Shown here one piece after another: positions 24,030-37,030 of a DNA stretch of 64,000 nt; within the stretch, counting starts at the first letter, position 1, and the number at the start of each line of letters is the position of its first letter. Both the position numbers and the translations under genes were made by a program. Under the pieces are notes generated by a model, which was not told where the DNA came from, made no database searches, and worked only from the letters and a program-made list of their open reading frames with translations. The stretch covers positions 3,052,469-3,116,468 of the forward strand of contig JAUPSS010000007.1 of assembly GCA_040285825.1 (NCBI GenBank), read 5' to 3'. The stretch comes from Eukaryota sp. TZLM1-RC (lineage: Eukaryota > Protista > Metamonada: BaSk clade).

Positions 24030-26477
24030 TTTTTCCTTATGAAGACCCTATAATGGATCAAAATTTTTACGGCACATACTGGGAAAATTATCCATTGATG
24101 CCATCAGAAGTTTTTTCGGTTATCAAAAAGAGACCTCGTGGTAAGTCTGCCGGACTTTCTGGTATTACTATTGATCATGTAAAAGCCGCGATTATTTCTT
24201 CAGAAGATTGCCTTGGTTTATTGACCAAATTTTTCAACCAAATATTATCTGGTCAACGCAAATACCCAGAAGAATTAAGAAGTTCTCGTTTGACTGCACT
24301 TGTCAAAAATTCAAAAATGGATGTTCGTCCTATTGCAGTCTCTGAGAGCTTACACAATATTTTTTCTGCGTGTTGCTTAAGCAGGTTCAATGAAAAAGCT
24401 GAAAAGATTTTATTACCCTTTCAATATGGTATAAATACTACAGATGGAGTCTCTTCAGCGATTTTTGCTACTGATGTCTTATTTCGTCAAAATGAATCCA
24501 ATGTTTGCATGTCATTGGATTTTAGTGATGCTTTCAATTCACTAAGTCGTCGCAGTATCCATGGTGCTCTATTGCAATATATGCCGGAATTAATACCATA
24601 TTTTCAATCAACATATTGCACATATTCTAATTTACATTTTGGTAACAACATTTTGAGTTCATCAAGTGGCGTAAAGCAAGGAGATCCGTTAGGACCTCTT
24701 TTGTTTTGTTTGGCCATTCATCCTATTCTACTGCAAATTCAAGAGATGTTTCCTTCACTAAAAATGGTTGCATATATGGATGATGTTGTGCTTATTGGTG
24801 ATTTAAATATTGTGAAAAAAGCAACAGTATGTTTTAAAGAATTATTTACCAAAATTGGTCTCCGACTTAATTTACTTAAATGTGTTTTGTTATCGAATTC
24901 TCCAGTTTCCACAATAATTGATGATATTGAAATTCAAGCCAAATTATATTCAATTGATGCTATTCGTCATCTGGGTTCGTTTTTAGGAAATAATGATGAA
25001 ATTACCAAAGAATTGTTTGAAAAGTTGAACTCAATTTCTAACAAAATTGACCGAATGATGAATTTAGATATAAAAAAACACATCAAATTTACCATTATAA
25101 GACTGTGTTTTAGTTCCAATTTTAATCATATATTTCGATCTGCAAATCCTCTCGTCACTAGACCTTTGGCTCAAAAGTTTAATGAGTTACGTGCAAAAGT
25201 TCTGTCTCAATTACTGGGATGTAAAATGTTTCAAATTCCAGATCATGCTTACCTTAGTCCACATTATGGTGGTTTAGGGTGGACGAAGGCTTCTATTCTT
25301 ACCTCGTGTGCTTTTGTTGGTGGATGCAGAAATGCAATCTTTGAGTTTTCCGAAAGATTTGCAGATTGGGAAGATTTATTGATGACAACGCAAAGTTCCA
25401 CTGTTTTTGCATTAAATGAAGAAATTTCAAGAATTGATGTAGAAAAATGGGGTCGATGTTTTCCCCAATCATTCAATGGCAATATTCCAGAAAAATATGT
25501 TTTAAATTTGAAGTACACTCTTCGAACATTACAGAAAAGATTGACTGGAATGTATGAAAAAGATCTTTATAATAATATTTGCAGCTCGCCTGTTTTAAAT
25601 CAAGATCTTCACTCATTGTTATTGGAAAAGGGTGTTTGTGAAAACAAGGCGTCAGATTCTTCACTTTTTGTAACCATTGTACCACGAAGATTTGGATTGT
25701 GTGCCACTAATGAAGCATTTGTAACAAAAATGAGATTATATTTGAACATTCCCATTAACCAATTATTATCAAAAGAAAAATGTATTTGTTCGAATTCTCC
25801 TCAACTCACTTTGCGCCATGCTCTAAATTGCTCTAAATTGATAACTTATCGTTCTTCATTACATGATGCTGTTAGAGACACTGTTTTCAATATGGCACAA
25901 ACTGCAAGGATATCGTGTATCAAAGAGCCCCTGCTGAAGGAAACACTTTCTCTGAATAATTTTGGTTCTGATGATAGAGGTGATGTATACTGTGATTGGA
26001 TTGATAATTCTGAAGCTATTGTTGACTTTGTCTCATGTAATGTTGCAAACGATACTTTGGTTCACAGAAAAAAAACTTATTCCTGTGGCTGCTCTGGATT
26101 TTAAAGCAAAAGAAAAACATAGAAAATATGATAAAGAAATTGAAAATGCAAATGTCGATAGAAATACACAGCTGGTTTTTATTGCTTTCCCATTTTCGAT
26201 AAATGGAAGATTATCAGTTGAAGCAGAAACTTTTTTGGATGACTTCCAAAAAATGGTGAAAGAAAAAACAATGAAAAGATTTGATATTTTTTTATGGCGT
26301 TCACGGATTCAATTTGCCATTATTAATAGATTACCGCGGTTTTTCAATCGAATTAGAGAAGCTTTAGCTAGACAGCAAGCAAATCAAGATTTTGTAGAGG
26401 AAATCTTGGTTTAATGATAGTCGTCCCATTAGTTATGATTTAATTTAATCAAGTGTGCAAATTCAATAAATATGATA
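24030..26477 (+). mobile_element. Family A retroelement, complete RT+knuckle+RLE, 5'-truncated, one frameshift near 26070; 11-bp TSD
   Basis: ORFs 24053-26104 and 25962-26414; ATTTTCTACAT at 24019-24029 and 26478-26488. Confidence 0.96.
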
Positions 26478-26614
26478 ATTTTCTACATGCTCAGCCCAAT
26501 TCCCTCTGGTATTGCATATATGGAACATGTATTACTAACAAAATAGTATAAAATCAAGGTCGACAAAGATTCAAAAAAAAATTCATCCATCATTCGAATC
26601 ACTCATTGAACTTA

Positions 26615-27322
26615 ATGAACAACCAGATTGATGATACAACAGTTTTTCTCAAGACTCAACTCTCTACGTATCAACACATGAATGACCTTATTCATCATGC
26701 TCTTACTCTATCCAACAGTTTTCAATCCTATATTTCTAATCAGCAACAATTTGTACATGCCTTTGATTCATGTGTTAATGATCAATCACTCAAAAAATGC
26801 ATCTCTTCGCTTGACAAATATGTTTCCCACTCCAAACAATCTTCAGAGCTAGTGACCAGAAGGTTCCAGGAACAAGTGGTCGGGCCTCTAAAGTCTCTTG
26901 TTTCTGATCTCCAGTCCGTCAAGAAAAAATGTCAACACAGGGAAGCTGCTTATAGGGAAGCACATAGAAAAGAGCAATCGTTCAACAGACACAAATCCAA
27001 AAAGCATTCCACCAAAGTAGAAACCTTAGCAGAAGAGTGTACACTGGTGAACAAGAGAGCGGGAGATATCCATCTAGATACGATTAAAGTATATTGTAAA
27101 TTTGAAAACGAACGAGTAAATGCAATCCGTAATGTTTTATTGAATCATGTACACATGCATATGTCTTTTCATGCAAGCTGTTTGCAGGAATTGTCAAAGT
27201 TATTTGGCGAGGTAAAGAAAGTGGATTTGGAAAAGGATTTTTTGAATAAATGTGCTCAATTCATTGAGAAACCTGAAACCAAAACTGAAATTCAATACAC
27301 AAGTGATGAAGATTCAGATTGA
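26615..27322 (+). CDS. BAR-domain protein, FAM92/CIBAR-like
   Basis: All-helical; RFQEQVVGPLKS..KFENERVNAIRNVL..HMSFHASCLQEL..VDLEKD resembles the FAM92 BAR pattern; first ATG at 26615. Confidence 0.65.
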   Translation: MNNQIDDTTVFLKTQLSTYQHMNDLIHHALTLSNSFQSYISNQQQFVHAFDSCVNDQSLKKCISSLDKYVSHSKQSSELVTRRFQEQVVGPLKSLVSDLQSVKKKCQHREAAYREAHRKEQSFNRHKSKKHSTKVETLAEECTLVNKRAGDIHLDTIKVYCKFENERVNAIRNVLLNHVHMHMSFHASCLQELSKLFGEVKKVDLEKDFLNKCAQFIEKPETKTEIQYTSDEDSD

Positions 27323-28869
27323 TTATCGCCACGTAATCAGCCACGTCATCAGTTTTGCCGCGTAAGCTTGACAAGTTGCTACGAAAGGCTTGTCAAGTGA
27401 CTGCCTTGGTTTAAGACGAGATGATTTTCTATTATCAGTAATTTTGGTTGATGTACCATTAGTTTACTAGTTTGTGCTAATTTAATTTTAATTAAGTTCA
27501 TAATTATGAGGGAATAATATTCAGACTTTTTAACAATTTCTTTTTCTTTTTTTTTCTTTTTCTTCAACAGAACACATCAGTTAACAAATAAGATACAATT
27601 GATTCAGCTGATTCAGCAGTGTTTAATCTAAAAAGTTCATTAATTGTAATTAATTGTGATTAATTAGAATGTTCAATTTAATCTAATTTTATCAAGTGTT
27701 GTAGTTGCATACAGAATTTGAATTTTCATTATCTTGATTTTTATTTCATGGTCTACATATTCAACACTTCTTCATGGTCATTCAGGATATTTTATCAACA
27801 ATCACATATCATTTTAATCATTTAATTTTTTTAAATTTTAAATTTTCGACCCAAAATGTTTTAGCAATACCAGCTTCTGAACCCAGTGTAGTTCAAAATT
27901 GTTTGATTACAGATCAAATTTCAAAAATTTGGAACACTTCAAAATAATAAACAAAGAAACACAATGGGCTATTGAATTAAATTTTGTTTAAAGCAGCAAT
28001 GTTTAATTCAATCAAATTTAATAATTTGGATGACAAATCTCTGAATGTAAGTTGCTGATAATTTCTACCTTTCACTTTTGAAACAACCCTTAAGTGATGA
28101 CGTGGCAAAGAGTTAAACAGAACTACTGAACGACGCAATCAAGGTGATGAATTTTAGCAAAAGCTTAAAGGTAATTATCATTCTTTTAAATTATTATTGT
28201 TTTTGTTTATAAATTAACTAGTGAGAGATCAATGACTAGCATTTTAAATGTATTTTAAAAGTATTTTTAACAGTATTTTTAAATGTATTTCGCAAGGTAC
28301 AAGTATGAGAAAATAATGAGACATTTTGGTTACCCTGTTTACTTAATGAAGCATTTACTTCAAAAAAAACTATAATTATATAGGTGAAATGATAAAATGT
28401 GGAATCTTTACAAGAAAATTGATTCTCAATTAGACGAAAAAGTCATGTGAGAAAGAAGAATCAAAGATTAAATAGATTCAACCGACAAGAGGATAAGAAA
28501 ACGAATTTCAAAGCTCTTGGAAAAGGATGAATTGGGAATTAATGAAGTTCAACAAGTGGTTTTATGTGTTTTAAGGCAGTGTAACTAATGCCAAACATTC
28601 TGGAATGTTTGCACAAGACTAATGAATGGAAGAGAGATCCGAGGTGTTCAAGAGACAACAGTCTCAAACCAATGTTATTGAACCGACTGGTGAAAACCTG
28701 AAAGATGTTAGAAAGGGTTCTGAAGGTGATGATACACCAATGAATCTGATTCAACCTGACCTCCATACATTGTCACGAGTAGTGAAAGGGAATGTGGAGA
28801 AACAATCTTAAGCTATGAGTTACTGAAACTATCAAAAATAATTCAATCGATCATTATCTTGAGCACTCT

Positions 28870-31056
28870 ATGAGGAATGTTGTTTTACTCGTCCTGGCTT
28901 GTGTTGCCATCGCGGCAGCACAGCCTTATATGAAGCTTAAAGTAGGCCACACCTTCCAGTACCGTTTAACAGCTAAAGTTGAGCTTGGTTCCACCTCCGC
29001 TTCAGGCCATGGTTCCAATTTTGGAGGTGTTTTTGTTGTCAAAGTCACCAAAGTCAAAGGTGCTGAAAGCAATGCCGTGTATACCTTGACTGCCAATATA
29101 GAAGGTACTTCGATTCATCACTCAGTTGATTTCAGGCGTCTCCCAAGATGGTTCCCATGCTGATGGTAAACATATCGGCTCTCCAATTGTCTTTGATTGG
29201 AGTGCTGTTGGTCATATTTCCAATATTCGTGCAGATTCTCGTGATCAATCATGGCAGAAGGAGGTTAAGCTTGCCGCTCTTAATTCTCTGTCTGGTACCC
29301 TTGTTCCAGCTGGTAAGAATGTACGTATTAAGGAATCCTCTACTCTTGGTCAGCATTATGTATGTTACTCTATTAACTCTCATTATAGTCCAACTACAAG
29401 GGAAGTCAACAACCTGATCTTTTGGTCAACAAAAAGAACTTCAAGTCCGAGGATGTAATCTCTTTCTCCGATAAATCTCTAAATCCCAAACAGGTAACAC
29501 TCCAGGCTAATGGCTATTCAAAGTTCCACACCGCCGGACATCTTCATGAGACTGAACTTGACATGAACGTTTTGTGGCGTCCAGTTGAATCTCCCCAAAT
29601 CAAAGATCAATTTGATTCCGACATGAAGTCCAGAGGTTTTGTTAGACTTGCTTTCTTGACTCACCATGCTGCTAATGGTGTTTTGCTAATGAAGGACGAT
29701 TCTGTTAATGATTCCTTGATGTCTTTACAAGCTCCTGTTCTTGCTGAACCTGAACCCGAACATCATATACATTATGATTCTCTCTTGGACGCCGCTGTTC
29801 ACCATGTTGAGATTGGCATGGATGACGATGCTGAGGAGGAAGTTGAGGAAAGTCCTCTTGAAATTATCAAAATGTTATTTGAAGGCAGCGAAAAGGAAGA
29901 TTTAACGGTACTTCAACAGGTTGTTGACCTCTCCATTGCTATTTATCCTTCCTTTACTGACATTTTTCATGAAATTTCCCTGCTTGCCAGTGCCCATAAT
30001 CCAGAACTCACTCAGGCTGTTGCTTTTGTTCTTACCGCTGCTAGCTCTGAACAACCTGCTGCATCCATTGCCATCAATAACCTCCTGAAGTCTGAGTCAA
30101 CAGCTGTAGGTTATCTTGTTGCAAGAACTGCCATCCATTCCACCTGCTCAATGGTTGACCAAGCTCTCTTTGAAAGATCCATGGTACCCGACGTTGTTGG
30201 GTCCTACATTAGATATTCTTGGGTCCCTGAAACCAACAACCTTGGAAGAAAAATTCTTGATTTCAATAAGGAGTGGTCTTACACCAAGCGATTTGGTGGA
30301 AAGATTGCTGCTGCTGATATGGGAGTTCACATTGGAGCTAGTAGTAACCTCAACTGCAAGAATCCCACCTTTGACTATGAAGCTTATGCCAGATCTCATG
30401 TTGATTTATCTTTGTTTGGTCAAAGAAAGAACGCTGTTAAAGCTTTTGCTGAGTATGGTAAAAAGGGTGGCGTTCCTTTAGCCAATGCTGCTCATGTTGA
30501 AGTCTTTGGCAAAACCATTTATCATAAAGATTTCCCAACTGCACAATTAGATTGTGGTATTCATACTATTCCAGTCAAGCACTTTGCTCCCGGTGCTAAG
30601 TATTCGACTGTCATTTGGGTATTAGTTCCCATTAAACTTTCCGCTGGTGCCAATCTTAACCTCAAGTTAGACTTGGGATGGAGGGTTTGTGATACTGATC
30701 TCTCTGCAATGGTTCAAGCTATTCCTGCCGCTGGTTTGACTGTTTATGGTAAAGCTGAAGTTAATCTCTTTTTAATCAAGGCTGGAGCCAAAATGGATGC
30801 CAAGTTTAGCATTCGTGCTGTTCCTCAAGCTGAGGCAAGTGGTACTAAATGTGCTATTACTCTCAGTGTTGATCTTATCAATGATCCTCTTAATGTTGAT
30901 TTGAAGGTTTATGTTAAGAAAAAGTCATGCAAGGTAAAGTTCCCATTCAAGTTCAAGTGTAAGTGGAAGAACAAGAAGAACAAGTCTCTTTTACACTGGG
31001 CCCATGGAGCCAAGACTCAACGTGTTTATGAGAAGGTGTTTAGAATTGCAAAGTAG
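28870..31056 (+). CDS. Secreted ~708-aa protein with vitellogenin-N/large-lipid-transfer-like N-terminus, 2 introns
   Basis: Signal peptide MRNVVLLVLACVAIAAA; introns 29105-29135 and 29360-29388 join three ORFs in frame. Gene model is solid; the domain call is tentative. Confidence 0.8.
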
Positions 31057-31651
31057 TTTGTGTAGTGTTGTCTGTAAAGAAATTATTGTTTTTAATGTGT
31101 TTTAATCTTAATTCTGCTTGTATTGACGAAAATCGTTTGTAAGAATGGTTTTCAAATGTGAACTTTTCATTGCAGAATAATTATTATGAAACAATCAACA
31201 ATAAGCAGAATTGTTTTCATTCTTATCGCATAAAATTGTATCTCACCACTCTTCTCAGTTTCACCATTACATAAATGCACCTCCTAACTGACAAATAAAC
31301 CTTAACATAACCTCACATCCCTTAAAGTAGATCTCAACTTATACCTCTTCAATGCTTCTTACTAGCTCTTGCAGCTGATAAATTTTTTCAATCTTTTAAG
31401 CCAGAAATGTCTGAAATGTTGTTCAAACTTTGGATTTTTGAGACGTTCATTGATTGGTTTTCAATAAAATTACAATTAATAAGAAAACCATCAGCACAAT
31501 CAGGAAGAGTGAAAAATGTGAAATATCAGTTTGTGCCGTTTGCAATTTCTCTTTTTTGCAATGTTGGATCTTCAGGGTTACACTTTTTTGAAAATTTCAA
31601 AAAAGTTTTATTAAATAGGTCTAGTAAAACAATGAACTCCACTTTCTGGTT

Positions 31652-32381
31652 TTGACCATCCCCATTAACCAACTATTATCAAGAGATAAATGTATTTGTT
31701 CGAATTCACCTCAACTCACTTTGCGCCATGCTCTGAATTGCTCTAAATTGATAACTTATCGTTCTTCATGATGCTGTTAGATACACTGTTTTCAATGTGG
31801 CACAAACTGCAGAAATATCGTGTATCAAAGAGCCCCTGATGAAGGAAACACTTTCTCTCAATTTTGGTTCTGATGATAGAGGTGATGTATAATGTGATTG
31901 GATTGATAATTCTGAAACTATTGTTAACTTTGTCTTATGTAATGTTGCAAATGATACTTTGGTTCACAGAAGAAAACTTAATCCTGTGGCTGCTCAGTAT
32001 TTTAAACCAAAAGAGAAACATAGAAAATATGATAAAGATATTGAAGAGGCTAATGTCGATAGAAATACACAGCTGGTTTTTATTGCTTTCCCATTCCCGA
32101 TAAATGGAAGATTATCAGTTGAAGCAGAAACTTTTTTGAATGACTTCCAAAAAATGGTGCAAGAAAAAACAATGAAAAGATTTGATATATTTTTATGGCG
32201 TTCACGGATTCAATTTGCCATTATTAATAGATTACCACGGTTTTTCAATCGAATAAGAGAAGCTTTAGCTAGACAGCAAGCAGATCAAGATTTTGTAGAG
32301 AAAATCTTGGTTCAATGATAGTTGTTCCATTAGTTATGAGTTAATTTAATTAAGTGTGCAAATTCAATAAATCCAAATTTG
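31652..32381 (+). mobile_element. 5'-truncated family A retroelement with 10-bp TSD, inserted in a family E fragment (31485-31651)
   Basis: ORF 31959-32318; CTTTCTGGTT at 31642-31651 and 32382-32391. Confidence 0.9.
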
Positions 32382-32409
32382 CTTTCTGGTTAAATTTTTT
32401 TAGCTAACA

Positions 32410-35400
32410 AATTTTTATTCAACAAAAAAATATGAAATACACAATTAAAACTCCACATCCTCAAAACCTGCCTCCCCTACATCAAAACAATTAATTGCTA
32501 AAGATTCAGAAAATTTCCCAAAAGAAGATAGTGAATCAGAAATTAGTTTTACCATTCCCTTAAAAATAGAAAATACAATCCTGTTTTGTCAGTAAACACG
32601 ATTGAAAATTCTTCCAGTTCTTTCCTTTACAACTACAACAAAATCCTCAAGGAAAGCCATAGCAGCCTTACCCAAAGATCCAAGCAAAGAAAAAACAAAT
32701 AGACATAAATTATATTGGGCATGAAAATTTTCATTAACCGAGGAAATGGGTTTCGCATATTTAGCAATTTTATATTTTTCGCCTTCAAGAAGAGGATTAT
32801 TTACATCCGAGTTAATGAGATGTTCGTTAGAGGAATTACAAGGGTGAATAAACATGGCGTCCAAAATAGTAAAACTACCATTTAAACCAGGAACAACTAG
32901 ATCACCTCTAGTGAAACCCATAAAAGCTCTGTTGTAACGCGTACTATCAATATTGGGATCATCAAGAATTAATTTTGATAACAGCGGTTCTAAAAAGAAA
33001 TCTCGATATGATTTGCACATTACATAAATTTGGTTCCTGACGTTTTTATGCACTTTGCTTCTAAACGTAATGAAATGTTTACAGTTCAAAAGATGAGTAA
33101 ACAAAAGAGGTTTACCACATTTACAAGTTCAATGATTGGGCAAATTGTTTGGCCACAGAAAACAACGAAAACACATGTTTAGAAGCCATTCATTGTTTTT
33201 TAACAAAAGTCCATAAACAGAGGGAACTTGAGTTACTAAAGCAGCAGCTGAACTATCACGAATATCCTTTAAAAAATTACCGAAAGCGGGATTTTAGTTT
33301 TGGCCAAGCCAAGTCTTACTTCATAATCCAAGCCTTCATATAATTTAACCAAATGCTGCTGAAGCTTTTTCAAGCAAAAACGTAAATTTGGAAGTGATCG
33401 GGTGGGAATTTCTTGAACATTTTGAGAAAACACTGAATCCAGATATCACTAGGCAAATTTTCTAATTCAAATTGCAGTTGATTCAAGTAAAAATTTGATT
33501 CACCATTGATCAGATGAACATCAAAAGGGAACCTTTGGAAAAATTCAAAAACAAAATTTTTACCACCTTCCAAAAATGTTGCTTTACACAGAATCGAAGA
33601 TTTGGTGAATCCAATGCCACCCAAATCTGCTGAGCAAAATACATGACTTCGAATCACAGATTCATTTACTTCTAATAAAGAAAAAAAAAATTTGACTCGA
33701 AGTTTGTTAAAAGATCTGCAAAAATTGACAGATACCGATGGGGGAGTTGACCTTAAAATATGAGTGAATTTTCCAGAATAACAAATTTTTAAAATAAAAA
33801 ATTTGATGTGTTTCTCAATGTCACATTCAGCAATAAAACTAAGATCCTTGTCAAACTTCTCCAATAAATTGTTTAAGTGGGAATAAATTTCATCCAAATT
33901 GCCAAGCCAACATCCAAGAAACTTAAAAGCTTGTTGGTCATAATTGATAAAAGGAATCTGAGCTCCACCAATCATCAAATATTGTTTTTCTCTACCAATC
34001 AAGAGACATTTAGATGGGTTCAAAGCTAAACCAATTTCTTTGTATTTCGCCGCAATGTCTTCAGAAACCCTAGAAATGCTTTCAAAAGAACCAATAATAG
34101 AAATGTCATCCATATAGGCAACAATACGCAAATCAGGGAAATCTTGTTGTGTCATTTTAATAATATTATGAATAGCCAAACAAAACAGCAAAGGGCCAAG
34201 AGGATCACCTTGTTTCACACCAGAAGAAGATTCAAGGGTAAAGGAGTCAAATATTTAGTCTGATTTTTTCCATAAAATAAATAAAAATATGCAGAAAGTT
34301 CAGGAAAATCATGAAGAAGCACATCAAAAATACAATCACGTTTCACAGAATTGAAAGCATTTTTGAAATCCAAATTGAAAATATATTGATGATGTTGACT
34401 ATTGAAAAAAACATCTGAAGTCATTGAAGCAACAGAAGCACCTTCAACAGTTTTTATACCAAATTGGAAAGGCTTCAAATAGTCCCTTGCTTTAGTAGAA
34501 ATTCTGTTAAAAATAAGCGAAGAAAGCAATCTGGTTAATGACTCTCCAAAGGCAATTGGTCTAACTCCATCAGGTTTGTCACCTTTATCAGGTTTAACTA
34601 AAGCAACTAAACGGGCAGCAGTCAATTCAGGCGGAGGAACATAATTTAAACACATTAAATTTTGAAAATAGGAAGCAAGATCCTCAACAATTTCAGGAGC
34701 ATTTTTACAGGCAGTTTTCAACAAATCAAAGGAAATGCCTGAAGGACCAGCAGCTTTTCCTTTTGGTAATTCAGCAACGGCATTCAATACTTCTTGAGCC
34801 TGAAATGGATTTTCGAGCCAATATTGACAAATAGAAGGCTTACTGGGGCAACAATTTTCAGGTGGATGGAGGGATTTCAATTTTTCAACAGTTTCGAGAT
34901 TGTTATCAGCCAGTTTTCCTGAAAAAATATTTTTTAATCCACTTCCATATCTACCTCTCAAAAACAATTTTCTTGCTTCAAAAGATGAATTAGCTTTTCT
35001 CTGTTTTGGTTTGTCATTAATTTTTTTCTTATTCTTTTTGGCAAAGAATTTCCAAAATCTTGTTATTTTCCATTTGTTCAATTTCAATTGCGAAGAAAAA
35101 AAACGCATTTCCATTGACATAGGAACAGAACTGGCAGGACTCACCTCTACAGGAATTTTAACAGGTGCACGAAGAGAATCACTTGTTTGACAGTCAAAAC
35201 AAAACAACAGAGGGCGACCATTAGAAGAGTTAGAGAGAAACTTTTTGCAAAAAGGACAATTAAGTTTCAAGACATTATCCGTAGGATCCGGAGCAACAGT
35301 TTTTGGTAAATGAGTTTGATCAATATTTAAATCATAATTAACATCATCAGCAGAAACATTGGGAACAGGAGGAAGAATCAGTTCGGATGGCGTTTGCAAA

Positions 35401-35805
35401 CTATTAACAATAGAAATATTGGTTTTCAGTCTCATTTTTTCGGTAATAACATCAGGACATTTTCTAATGTTATGACCAACCTTGCTACATTTGGAACAGG
35501 TATGTCTTCTTTTTTGCACTTTTTCAGGCGTAATATCAGGGGCATCACACAAAGGCAAAATTGTCTTTTTTAAAAATTTTCAAATTTTTTTGAGAAGAAT
35601 TTCGAGCATAGCTTGAAGGGTGGGGAAAGTGGAAAAGTGAAGGGGATGAGCTTGATCTGATGGGTAGAATCTTTGCTTGGGCGTTCCAATCAGTATCAGA
35701 GTCACTATCAGTCAATGGCATCGTTTTGGCAAAGACACAGTACAACTTGGACGCCGTGACAGAAAGTGAAATATGAGAGGGTTGACCAGGGGAGGGAGAA
35801 AAAAA
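32410..35805 (-). mobile_element. Near full-length family B non-LTR retrotransposon (~3.4 kb, single ORF, frameshifted)
   Basis: Leader, ATG 35721, CSKCSKVGHNIRKC, CPFC..CFDC, RT (KQGDPLGP, YMDD), HLLNC, TRGDLV..D..KIAKY; 3' end ..GAATAAAAAT. Confidence 0.93.
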
Positions 35806-35809
35806 AGAT

Positions 35810-36468
35810 GTTTTGTTTTTATTTACAAACACACCATCTTTATTTCTGATTGTTTCAGTTTTATTTAATGGAATTAGAATGAAATCGTGGCGTGGTTTCA
35901 ATGTAATGTTATCTTTTTGATAAACATTTCCATTTTTTTCAAAATCATCAATTGTTAATCCCAATTTAATTTAATCATTTCTTTTCAATAAATCAACTCG
36001 TTTGCAAATTAAGTCTTGTAAATAAAATTTGTTTCAACATATCCATAATTGAATACAACTTCATTATTTTGTGTTTTACACAAAAACACATCATTATCAC
36101 AATCATTTGAGGTAAACTCGCGCATTTCATTTTTTACCACTTGACTTGGAATAATCCATTTTGTGATGTGATTACCGATTTCAATAATTAAATCGTAATT
36201 ACATTGTTTCAACATACCAATCACTAATGCATTTATGATTTTGTCTATGTAATTTTCATGAACATTAAAATCAAAATCATGATTTAAACATGTTTCTGGA
36301 TTTTTCTCAAACTTTTTTGATAAGTAATTTGAAATTTCATGTGGTAACATTACATCAAATAATTTTGTTTCTAAATTTGGTGGAATATATTCATAGAAAT
36401 CAACACAGTAACAATTTCGGATTAATTTAATTTTTTCATTATCATCATCCAATAAATCAAGATGATGT
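35810..36468 (-). other. Two closely spaced AT-rich orphan ORF fragments (virus-like?)
   Basis: C-part of ORF 36009-36584 and N-part of ORF 35545-35964; N/K/I/D-rich, intronless, no recognised motif. Confidence 0.35.
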
Positions 36469-37030
36469 CCAGACACATACTGTACAACCGAGGTCATTGT
36501 CAGCAGCTTGTTTAATGGGTTCCTTACAGGGACCAATAGATGAGCATACAACTTCAGGAGGGAATCGATCGACAAGCATTTCAATGATCATATGACCATA
36601 TTCTTGAATCATATTGTGGCAGACGGTTTGCATTGAATGGGGAACAACATTGCAAACTTGTTAAACGAATTGGATGATTTCTTCTTCAGTGGTTTCATCA
36701 GTGATCTTGGCTTCAATAGTGCCAATGACCCAGGTATAGATTGAACATTGAATAGAATTGTTCTCGGTTGCAGTTTCCATCTTTTTCTTGCACAACTTGA
36801 TTTCTTTACAAATCTTTTGTGTGGGGTACTTGGCCAATAAAGGGTCAACAATGGAGTCAGAGTATGTTTCCATTATTTCTTCACACATGGTATGGAGGAG
36901 TGATCCAACATTCTTGCAGACATGCATGAGAGCTTCACGAATTTCTTCACGGGTGGCATCATCGTCGAGTTTGGCTTCCAAGGCACCAATGATGAAAGCA
37001 CATGTGGAACAACCAAAGTCGTTATCGGGG
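36468..37030 (-). pseudogene. Multi-saposin-B (prosaposin/pore-forming SAPLIP-like) gene fragment
   Basis: Intact CSTC..C..C..Y..P..IC..IKLC; second repeat has C>Y and TAA at 36661-36663; third (DLGCTVCVW) truncated at ~36468. Confidence 0.8.

Noticed and set aside
23648-24030. tRNA-targeted insertion of family A
   Set aside because: Only one family A copy lies near an intact tRNA gene, ~310 bp downstream of it
24053-26414. Bacterial retron, group II intron, DGR or telomerase RT
   Set aside because: C-terminal knuckle plus RLE, 5' truncations and TSDs identify non-LTR retrotransposons
36661-36663. TAA read as Gln (hexamitid-type code) in the saposin ORF
   Set aside because: Long host ORFs contain no in-frame TAA/TAG and end in TAA/TAG at expected positions; the same repeat has also lost a Cys, so it is a pseudogene
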